DNA of 12,902 nt from a virus. Under the pieces are notes generated by a model, which did no database searches, was not told the DNA's origin, and saw nothing but the letters and a program-made list of their open reading frames with translations. How positions within the stretch are numbered: position 1 is the stretch's first letter; each line of letters opens with the position of its first letter. The stretch is from the UHGV virus genome UHGV-0134334; one strand, written 5' to 3'. The position numbers and the translations under genes were made by a program. Positions 1 through 6,729 of the stretch are shown here, in pieces.

Positions 1-24
1 CCCTACACGACGCTCTTCCGATCT
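1..24. other. Illumina TruSeq adapter remnant (CCCTACACGACGCTCTTCCGATCT), a sequencing/assembly artifact rather than biology
   Basis: The first 24 nt match the 3' end of the Illumina universal adapter / Read 1 primer exactly. The dsdC reading frame continues immediately after it. Confidence 0.85.
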
Positions 25-767
25 CCCATCGCAAAGTGGAATTAACGCACGAGGGGAAACGTGTTTATTGGGCGCTAAAATCGTCGCTGGATACCCTGAA
101 CCAGGAAATTCTTGATATCAAAAATCAGGAGTTATCGGGAACGTTAACTCTGTATTCCCGGCCCTCTATCGCCCAATGCTGGTTGGTGCCCGCATTAGGT
201 GACTTTACACGCCGGTATCCGTCTATTTCGCTCACCGTGCTCACTGGTAATGACAACGTCAATCTGCAACGTGCCGGAATCGATTTGGCGATCTACTTTG
301 ATGATGCGCCGTCAGCGCAACTCACTCATCACTTTCTGATGGATGAAGAAATCCTGCCAGTATGTAGCCCGGAATACGCTCAAAGACATGCTTTAACCAA
401 CACGGTAATTAACCTGTGTCACTGTACGTTGCTCCATGACAGACAGGCATGGAGCAACGACTCCGGTACGGATGAATGGCATAGTTGGGCGCAACATTAT
501 GCGGTTAATTTGCCGACATCTTCTGGAATTGGCTTTGATCGTTCTGATTTAGCTGTTATTGCCGCGATGAATCATATTGGGGTGGCGATGGGAAGAAAAC
601 GCCTGGTACAAAAAAGGCTTGCCAGTGGTGAGCTCGTCGCGCCGTTTGGCGATATGACGGTGAAATGCCATCAGCATTATTACATCACCACATTACCGGG
701 CAGGCAGTGGCCAAAAATTGAAGCGTTTATTACCTGGCTAAGAGAACAGGTAAAAACCACTTCATAA
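25..767 (+). CDS. dsdC: LysR-family transcriptional regulator DsdC (D-serine deaminase activator), 5'-truncated by the window and adapter
   Basis: The ORF 36..767 translation matches my recollection of the E. coli DsdC C-terminal substrate-binding region. The frame stays open upstream to nt 25 (..SHRKVELTHEGKRVY..), so the GTG at 36 is internal. It lies convergent with torI at about 180 nt, as at the K-12 CPS-53/KplE1 junction. Confidence 0.8.
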
Positions 768-861
768 TGAATAAAACCACGAGTTCCTGGTGTGCCTTAT
801 TCGGCCTGCTAGTTCGAATTTAATTTACGGTTTTTATGTGGTTTTAGGGATAAACACAAGG

Positions 862-877
862 ATGGTGTCCCCTGCAG
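862..877 (-). other. Prophage attR core: 16-bp copy of the argW tRNA 3' end (CTGCAGGGGACACCAT on the minus strand)
   Basis: The minus strand reads CTGCAGGGGACACCAT, which is the end of the T-stem, the acceptor stem and CCA of tRNA-Arg (argW) as I recall it. Upstream tRNA sequence is absent, so this is a partial copy typical of an att core. Host DNA (dsdC) lies on one side and phage DNA (torI) on the other. Confidence 0.6.
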
Positions 878-950
878 ACATCTACTTGAAGCGGCAGGGG
901 ATTGATTGGAATGGTGTTTTTTAGATGTGAGAAATATTTTACCCGCTATT

Positions 951-1151
951 TTACCCATTGGCGCGGCTTAAGAGCTTATTTTTGAATTCACAATGGTCAC
1001 GATATAACCATCTTGCTCGCCCGTGGATAACTTTGGCTTTAGGCAGGTCGCCGGACTTAATCCGGTCGTAGATGAAGGTCTTACCGAAGCCAGTATCAGC
1101 CATGATGAATTTCAAATCAACCAGTGAATCAGGTTGTAGTTCGTGTTGCAT
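951..1151 (-). CDS. torI: Excisionase / recombination directionality factor TorI (KplE1-type Xis)
   Basis: The 66-aa ORF (MQHELQPDSLVDLKFIMADTGFGKTFIYDRIKSGDLPKAKVIHGRARWLY..) matches E. coli TorI in size and position, directly inside attR and convergent with dsdC. An RBS (GGAGA) sits 9 nt upstream of the ATG. Confidence 0.8.
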   Translation of the reverse strand: MQHELQPDSLVDLKFIMADTGFGKTFIYDRIKSGDLPKAKVIHGRARWLYRDHCEFKNKLLSRANG

Positions 1152-1192
1152 GAGTGCTATCTCCGAATAGGGAATCGAACCTGCAAATCAGG

Positions 1193-1217
1193 CAATAAAA
1201 AACCGCCATCAGGCGGC
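1193..1217 (-). terminator. Rho-independent terminator (minus strand) between the small early-left ORF and torI
   Basis: Minus-strand hairpin GCCGCC-UGAU-GGCGG followed by UUUUUUAUU. It overlaps the stop codon of the upstream small ORF. Confidence 0.5.
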
Positions 1218-1376
1218 TTGGTGTTCTTTCAGTTCTTCAATTCGAATATTGGTTACGTCTGCATGTGCTATCTGCGCCCATATCATCCAGTGGTCATAGC
1301 AGTCGTTGAAGTCCTCTGCTTCGATACGAGCGATTTCCTCTTTCATTCTCGTAGTTAAGCGGATTGATGACATATT
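1209..1376 (-). CDS. Small hypothetical early-left protein (55 aa from the internal ATG; the longest ORF extends to 1442)
   Basis: ORF 1209..1442. The internal ATG at 1376 is preceded by GAGAGG with 7-nt spacing (..GAGAGGAATTAATATGTCATCA..). No recognisable family. Confidence 0.4.
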   Translation of the reverse strand, partial: NMSSIRLTTRMKEEIARIEAEDFNDCYDHWMIWAQIAHADVTNIRIEELKEHQAA

Positions 1377-1438
1377 AATTCCTCTCAAATAAGTGGTTTG
1401 CTGCCAAAACAATGAACCATCCGGAAATTCCAGATAGT

Positions 1439-1666
1439 TCATAATTCACTCTTCAATACTTCCAACTTACTAATCGCCGATAGATATCCGCGCTGATAGG
1501 GAATCATCATTCCTTCGAGCTTGCCACTTCTTAACTCCTCCCTGAGCAATTGTATTGCTTGATCAATAACCTCTGCCTTAGCGTCCTTTATGGCTTGCTT
1601 GCGGGGCTTTGCTTTCTGCTTTGGCAGATTTCTCAAGCATGATGGAATGTATGTCTGATTCATCAC
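1439..1666 (-). CDS. Hypothetical early-left protein (75 aa)
   Basis: ORF directly downstream of and abutting the N-like gene in the same orientation. Basic, with predicted coiled coil. No recognisable family. Confidence 0.45.
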   Translation of the reverse strand: MMNQTYIPSCLRNLPKQKAKPRKQAIKDAKAEVIDQAIQLLREELRSGKLEGMMIPYQRGYLSAISKLEVLKSEL

Positions 1667-2050
1667 TTACCTCGCTGTCAGTTGCTTTGATTTCCGGTAG
1701 CCTGCCGCGTAAATGGCTACGTTTGGAAGACATACACCAGTTTCTGGTTGCTTATGTCCAAACTCATTCGCGTACACAATGGCCGCTCTCTCCAGATTGC
1801 GTCTGTATTCTTTCTGTTGCCAGATCACGTCCTGTGCCATGAACTTAATTGGCTTAGCGTCTTCTATGCGCTCAGGCGTTTCGTGAGTACCTTTAGCCTG
1901 AATCTGCGCTCTGCTTAGAGTAGGGCGGTGTAATACTTCTGAACTTATTGCTTCTTCGCGGGCCAGTACGCCGTTAGCTAATGCCTTTGCCTTTAAACGC
2001 TCACGACGACGAGAACGTGAATTGCCTTTGAACTGAGTTCTGCGTGTCAT
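1667..2050 (-). CDS. N-type transcription antitermination protein, P22 gp24-like
   Basis: The 127-aa ORF has an arginine-rich N-terminal motif (..GNSRSRRRERLKAK..) and a C-terminus (..VAIYAAGYRKSKQLTAR) closely resembling the P22 gene 24 product (..ALYAAGHRKSKQITAR). It sits downstream of pL with a GACAA-loop boxB in its leader. Confidence 0.75.
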   Translation of the reverse strand: MTRRTQFKGNSRSRRRERLKAKALANGVLAREEAISSEVLHRPTLSRAQIQAKGTHETPERIEDAKPIKFMAQDVIWQQKEYRRNLERAAIVYANEFGHKQPETGVCLPNVAIYAAGYRKSKQLTAR

Positions 2051-2311
2051 ATAGACCTCCTGATGAACTTTGGTGGTGTGGTGGCTGGTAGTCTAGCTCC
2101 AGCTTGTTGAGTCTCATTCGGAGGGGTATAACCGGCACCCCAGCGATTTTTCCATGCGACAACGTGCGCGTTATGGCGGCCTTATCGCCCGCGGCTCCCC
2201 ATCTCGTCCACGCTATTGCTAGCGTTGGGAGCGCTTCACCGCTCAACAGTAGGTAAGCACTTGCCAGTGACTAGCTGGCTTCACCACACCCCAAAGTTCA
2301 CTTTGGTTATT

Positions 2312-2326
2312 GCGCTTTGTCAGCGC
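2312..2326 (-). promoter_or_regulatory. nutL boxB RNA hairpin, P22 type (GCGCU-GACAA-AGCGC)
   Basis: Minus strand reads GCGCTGACAAAGCGC: a 5-bp stem with a GACAA pentaloop, the P22-type boxB, in the pL leader about 65 nt downstream of the predicted pL start. Confidence 0.6.
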
Positions 2327-2387
2327 CGTAGATTCTTGCTTGAATCGTTGTATATTCACCGCCCTGGTGAGTAGTGCGTCCTGCTGA

Positions 2388-2457
2388 TGTGTTTATTATC
2401 ACCGCCAGTGGTATTTATGTCAACACCGCCAGAGATAATTTATCACCGCAGATGGTT
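2388..2457 (-). promoter_or_regulatory. Lambda-type OL1-OL2-OL3 operators with the pL promoter
   Basis: Exact lambda operator sequences: TATCACCGCCAGTGGTA (2397-2413), CAACACCGCCAGAGATA (2421-2437) and TATCACCGCAGATGGTT (2441-2457). On the minus strand the -35 TTGACA and -10 GATAAT direct transcription leftward toward N. Confidence 0.85.
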
Positions 2458-2610
2458 ATCTGTATGTTTTTTATATATATTTATTTTTTGCAGGGGTGTG
2501 TGGCTTGGGAGGTGATCGAGAGATCTGAATTGCGATGTTTAGTGAGTTGTATCTATTAATTTTCAAATAAATACAATTGGTTATGTGTTATTGGGTGAAG
2601 GGGATCGTGA

Positions 2611-2640
2611 GGCAAAGAAAACCCGGCGCTGAGGCCGGGT
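2611..2640 (-). terminator. Rho-independent terminator ending the cI-ORF145-ORF123 operon
   Basis: Minus-strand hairpin ACCCGGC-CUCAGC-GCCGGGU followed by UUUCUUUG, 7 nt after the ORF123 stop. Confidence 0.5.
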
Positions 2641-2646
2641 TGTGTG

Positions 2647-3018
2647 TTACTTAAGAACGAGTCCGTTTAAGGCATCAAGGATTTTGGAAACATAACTTCC
2701 AAAAATGTAGGCGCAAAATGCGAACACGAAACTGACAACGACCGCAGATGCCTTGATGGTGATTTTTGCTGAGCTAATGCTTGTCTCAATACCTGACAGA
2801 CGAGAATCTACAGATTTTATATCTGACTTTACTTCAGCGAGATCGCGCTTGATGTATTCAACATCAGACTCTAGCTTTGCAACTCTAGCCTCAAGCATGT
2901 TACCTCCGCCGTTTCCTCCACCATGCCGTGAGTATGCATCATCAGTGGAATAGTGTCCAATTGGGCGAGATATGTTTTGATTTGGACGAAGCTGAGCAAC
3001 CTTGTTATCTAAACTCAT
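2647..3018 (-). CDS. Small membrane protein with a Gly-rich motif (HGGGNGGGN), a coiled coil and a C-terminal transmembrane anchor; accessory gene occupying the position lambda uses for rexB
   Basis: 123-aa ORF with a hydrophobic C-terminal helix (..ASAVVVSFVFAFCAYIFGSYV..), last gene of the cI operon. A strong internal SD (GGAGGT) precedes the in-frame ATG at 2898, giving an alternative 83-aa form. Paralogous to ORF 9198..9533. Confidence 0.55.
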   Translation of the reverse strand: MSLDNKVAQLRPNQNISRPIGHYSTDDAYSRHGGGNGGGNMLEARVAKLESDVEYIKRDLAEVKSDIKSVDSRLSGIETSISSAKITIKASAVVVSFVFAFCAYIFGSYVSKILDALNGLVLK

Positions 3019-3442
3019 CGCGAACTGATCCTGTTATCTTCACGTCAAAAAACGAACTTTTTACATCAATTACTTCGCCTTTATCAGGATTAACCAGTGA
3101 TGCTCTGACTTCGAATATCCCAGGCTTGATAATTTTCACCCTTGGGAAGTTAATTCTCATAGAAGTTGATACGATGGTTTCTCCATCGTTGGCTTCTGCT
3201 ACCGTAAAAAACTTATGGTTGGAGTACAGTTTTGTGTCAATTGGTATCGGTATTTCTTGAGCATTGAAAACCTCAATGCCTATGGAATATTTTTTTGTAG
3301 CCTTAAGGCCGATAAAAAAAGCGCCAAATGATAGATCCACTTCATGGGAGTCTTTATCCATTTCATAGATAAGAACTGGAGTTACTGGGTTGCCTTCATC
3401 CATCGCAATCGGAATGATATAAGAAATACGTTCTTTAATCAT
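3005..3442 (-). CDS. Hypothetical soluble protein (145 aa); accessory gene occupying the position lambda uses for rexA
   Basis: ORF starts 8 nt downstream of the cI stop and overlaps ORF123 by 14 nt. AT-rich relative to cI. No transmembrane segment and no recognisable family. Confidence 0.55.
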   Translation of the reverse strand: MIKERISYIIPIAMDEGNPVTPVLIYEMDKDSHEVDLSFGAFFIGLKATKKYSIGIEVFNAQEIPIPIDTKLYSNHKFFTVAEANDGETIVSTSMRINFPRVKIIKPGIFEVRASLVNPDKGEVIDVKSSFFDVKITGSVRDEFR

Positions 3443-3449
3443 TTACGTG

Positions 3450-4166
<717 letters not shown>

Positions 4167-4173
4167 TTAAATC

Positions 4174-4239
4174 TATCACCGCAAGGGATAAATATCTAAC
4201 ACCGTGCGTGTTGACTATTTTACCTCTGGCGGTGATAAT
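4174..4239. promoter_or_regulatory. Lambda OR3-OR2-OR1 operators with divergent pRM and pR promoters
   Basis: TATCACCGCAAGGGATA (OR3), TAACACCGTGCGTGTTG (OR2) and TACCTCTGGCGGTGATA (OR1), with pR -35 TTGACT and -10 GATAAT. The cro RBS (TAAGGAGGT) follows. Confidence 0.9.
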
Positions 4240-4254
4240 GGTTGCATGTACTAA

Positions 4255-4464
<210 letters not shown>

Positions 4465-4502
4465 GTAACACCGCTATTTTCACAATGGACATTCGTCCTA
4501 CG

Positions 4503-4517
4503 TCGCTGACAAAGCGA
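4503..4517 (+). promoter_or_regulatory. nutR boxB hairpin, P22 type (UCGCU-GACAA-AGCGA)
   Basis: A 5-bp stem with GACAA pentaloop between cro and cII. A boxA-like CGCTATTTT lies upstream at about 4471-4479. It is not the lambda nutR sequence. Confidence 0.55.
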
Positions 4518-4602
4518 GTCCCAATATATCTGACCAACTAAGGCCATATGCGTTTCCACGCATACCTTTCAACTAACTATTCACTATTGGAAATATTAAG
4601 AA

Positions 4603-4899
4603 ATGACACAAGCAAGTTACAGCAAGCCAACACAGCGAGAAATTGATCGCGCTGAAACTGATTTACTCATCAACCTGTCAACGCTTACCCAGCGCGGTCT
4701 GGCAAAGATGATTGGCTGTCATGAATCGAAGATAAGCAGAACGGACTGGAGGTTTATTGCTTCGGTCTTGTGTGCTTTTGGAATGGCATCAGACATCAGT
4801 CCGATTAGTAGGGCTTTTAAGTATGCGCTTGATGAAATCACAAAGAAAAAATCCCCGGCCGCCACCGAGGATTTTAAGCAAATTGATATGCAATTCTGA
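4603..4899 (+). CDS. cII: CII-family transcriptional activator (divergent from lambda CII)
   Basis: 98-aa ORF with a helix-turn-helix region and a C-terminus (..KKKSPAATEDFKQIDMQF) paralleling lambda CII (..KKRPAATERSEQIQMEF), in the syntenic position after cro and nutR. Confidence 0.75.
   Translation: MTQASYSKPTQREIDRAETDLLINLSTLTQRGLAKMIGCHESKISRTDWRFIASVLCAFGMASDISPISRAFKYALDEITKKKSPAATEDFKQIDMQF
4612..4625 (-). promoter_or_regulatory. CII-binding site (TTGC-N6-TTGC) of a pRE-like promoter reading leftward
   Basis: Plus strand GCAAGTTACAGCAA gives TTGCTGTAACTTGC on the minus strand, a direct TTGC repeat with 6-nt spacing at the 5' end of the cII-like gene, as for lambda pRE. A candidate -10 (TAATAT) lies downstream on the minus strand. 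Confidence 0.5.
4855..4881 (-). terminator. tO-like terminator of a possible OOP-type antisense RNA at the cII 3' end
   Basis: Minus-strand hairpin CCUCGG-UGGCGG-CCGGGG followed by AUUUUUUU, encoded by the cII codons for KKSPAATE, the same place as the lambda oop terminator. Confidence 0.4.
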
Positions 4900-4931
4900 G
4901 GTAATTACTGGATCAACCCACAGGAGTCATT

Positions 4932-5078
4932 ATGACAAAACAACTCAGTCCTTACCAGGACAAAATTCACAAACACATACTACGTGATCGCTTCCTGTCC
5001 AGCTTCAAGCAGCCTGGTCGATTCCGGGCTGAGTTGGAAAAAGTGAAGCTGATGCAGAAGGAGAAAGGTCATGAGTAA
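4932..5078 (+). CDS. Small hypothetical protein (48 aa) translationally coupled to the O-like gene
   Basis: ATG at 4932 preceded by AGGAG. Its stop overlaps the start of the next gene (ATGAGTAA). Below the length cutoff of the supplied ORF track. Confidence 0.35.
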   Translation: MTKQLSPYQDKIHKHILRDRFLSSFKQPGRFRAELEKVKLMQKEKGHE

Positions 5079-5970
5079 CATATCTAATCTAGCCGAAGCC
5101 AGAGAGGCCAGAAGGCTACAACAACCGCATCAAAGCAGCGGTAAGGGGTATGCCTTGCTGCACCGTAAAATTATGGATGTGCCGTTTTACAAGGACGCAG
5201 AAGCTGCGCATCTGTGGGTTCACTTAATCCTCAAAGCAAAGCATACGCCTGAGTATGTAATGACTGACGCAGGAGAAATTCTGGTAGGCAGAGGGAAGCT
5301 ACTTGGCGGTAGAAACTCTCTGGCGTTTGAAACAGGACTCAAACCAGATCGCGTTCAGTACCTGCTTAGAAAGTTCAAAAAACTCGGCATGATTGACTGG
5401 GTTTCACACGGTAGATTCTCAGTTTTCTCGGTAGAGAAATATGACGATTATCAGTCAAATTTTGTACCAGCAGATTACCAGCAAATTACCACCTCAAAGC
5501 CAGAAATACCAATGCCTGTAAGCAATACTGTACCAGCAGATTACCAGCAAATTACCACAGATAAAGAATATAATAATATTATCTCTAATACTGACGTATT
5601 AGAGAGTGCCACAGCAGACAAAAAGTCTGACAAGAAAAAACCTTCCGTTAGCTGTCAGGATATTGTCGATGCTTACCACGAAATCCTTCCTGAAGCGCCA
5701 AAAATCCGCGCACTGAATGACAAGCGTAAAAACCAGATCCGAACGTTCTGGCGCAAAGCCGGAGTGATAACCCGCCAGCTTGACGGGCATGGGTTCACGA
5801 TGCAGGACTGGAGAAATTATTTGAGCTACGTAGGCGAAAATTGCCGATGGATGTTCGAAGAACGCCCAAACCATCAACGCGGAACCGTCTGGCACAAAAA
5901 GGGATTTGATTTCCTGCTTAACGACAATACCTACCTGAAAGTTCGTGAGGGTGAACACGATGACCGATAA
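5071..5970 (+). CDS. Replication initiator, lambda O / P22 gp18-like, containing the origin iterons
   Basis: 299-aa ORF in the position of O/gene 18, after cII and before a DnaB-like helicase gene. It has internal iterons plus an AT-rich tract, and a strong RBS (AAGGAG). Confidence 0.6.
   Translation: MSNISNLAEAREARRLQQPHQSSGKGYALLHRKIMDVPFYKDAEAAHLWVHLILKAKHTPEYVMTDAGEILVGRGKLLGGRNSLAFETGLKPDRVQYLLRKFKKLGMIDWVSHGRFSVFSVEKYDDYQSNFVPADYQQITTSKPEIPMPVSNTVPADYQQITTDKEYNNIISNTDVLESATADKKSDKKKPSVSCQDIVDAYHEILPEAPKIRALNDKRKNQIRTFWRKAGVITRQLDGHGFTMQDWRNYLSYVGENCRWMFEERPNHQRGTVWHKKGFDFLLNDNTYLKVREGEHDDR
5464..5595. repeat. Candidate replication origin: four 12-bp iterons (CAGCAGATTACC / CAGCAAATTACC, twice) followed by an AT-rich tract
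   Basis: The 29-bp segment GTACCAGCAGATTACCAGCAAATTACCAC occurs at 5464-5492 and again at 5530-5558, each holding two 12-mer sub-repeats. AGATAAAGAATATAATAATATTATCTCTAATA follows. The arrangement matches ori-lambda, which lies inside O. Confidence 0.55.
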
Positions 5971-6376
5971 TTTTTATGCGCCGCCCCATAGCATCGAGGC
6001 AGAGCAGGCGGTGATTGGTGGATTGCTTCTGGATGATGACAGCAGTGAGCGCGTCCAGAAAGTTCTGGCGATGCTGAAGCCTGATTCATTTTACAGCCGA
6101 CCACACAAAATCCTTTTCGAAGAGATAACCAGAATGCACCGGGAGCAAAAGCCAGTAGATGGCCTGACGCTTTTCGATGAACTGGAGCGTAAATCGTTAA
6201 CGGCGTCTGTTGGCGGTTTTGCTTATATCGCTGAGATCGCAAAGAACACGCCAAGCGCCGCAAACATCGTTGCCTATGCAATGCAGGTTCGCGAAACCGC
6301 AATGGAACGCTACGCCATCAACCGCATGACTGAAGCGACGGAATTGCTCTACGCGAAGGTGAGCAAGTGCAGGTAA
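5960..6376 (+). pseudogene. DnaB-family replicative helicase (P22 gene 12-like), N-terminal domain only, 3'-truncated
   Basis: The translation (..PPHSIEAEQAVIGGLLLDD..FYSRPHKILFEEI..SVGGFAYIAEIAKNTPSAANIVAYAMQVRE..) aligns with the N-terminal domain of E. coli DnaB. The ORF ends after about 138 aa with no Walker A or RecA-like domain. Start ATG at 5960 with RBS GAGGG. Confidence 0.7.
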
Positions 6377-6729
6377 AACGCACTGATGGAATATTCGGCA
6401 CACTTGGTAACTATGTTAGCCAATTATCTAACGGCAAGATGCTGAATAATGAGCAAGTCCAGGACTTAATCAACACCTCAAAACTGATGGCAAATACTGA
6501 AGGCCAAAAGTTTAATCAGCAAATGGATGATTATCTTTCAACTTATGGAGATTCTCTCCCCAGCGGACTAACTAAGCAATTGCAATCCAGAAAAGCCAAG
6601 CTGTATGAAGATATTCAGCAGCCTGCACAACAACAGAGCAATAACCAACAACCGACAAATACCCAACAGCAGCAGAGTCAATCCGGATCATATACCTCAA
6701 AATCAGGCATTCAATTTACGGTGGAATGA
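6367..6729 (+). CDS. Hypothetical Gln-rich protein, possibly the 3' remnant of a P22 gp20-like ejection protein gene
   Basis: 120-aa ORF beginning at the deletion junction and translationally coupled (ATGA overlap) to the downstream 708-aa ejection-protein-like gene. The assignment is by synteny only. Confidence 0.35.
   Translation: MQVKRTDGIFGTLGNYVSQLSNGKMLNNEQVQDLINTSKLMANTEGQKFNQQMDDYLSTYGDSLPSGLTKQLQSRKAKLYEDIQQPAQQQSNNQQPTNTQQQQSQSGSYTSKSGIQFTVE

Noticed and set aside
1143-1842. Plus-strand ORFs 1143..1358 and 1609..1842
   Set aside because: They are antisense to the early-left minus-strand genes, and the first spans the terminator hairpin. No start signals.
2001-2246. 81-aa minus-strand ORF in the N leader
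   Set aside because: It overlaps the N-like gene start out of frame and lies in the GC-rich untranslated pL leader. It has no RBS and an implausible composition.
2374-2559. 61-aa plus-strand ORF
   Set aside because: It lies over the OL1-OL3 operators and pL promoter and the AT-rich spacer, has no RBS, and is explained by the regulatory region.
2647-3442. Whether the two genes after cI are RexB and RexA
   Set aside because: Their sizes (145 and 123 aa, against roughly 279 and 144) and sequences do not fit my recollection of RexA/RexB. ORF123 has one C-terminal helix rather than the multi-pass RexB topology, and ORF145 has none. They are treated as an unrelated cassette in the same slot.
4757-4987. 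76-aa plus-strand ORF overlapping the cII 3' end
   Set aside because: It is out of frame with cII and with the RBS-supported 48-aa ORF, and is Pro/Ser-rich with no translation signals.
5599-6403. Minus-strand ORFs 5599..5958, 5931..6302 and 6197..6403
   Set aside because: They are antisense to the O-like gene and the DnaB-like fragment, both of which have RBSs and homology-supported frames.
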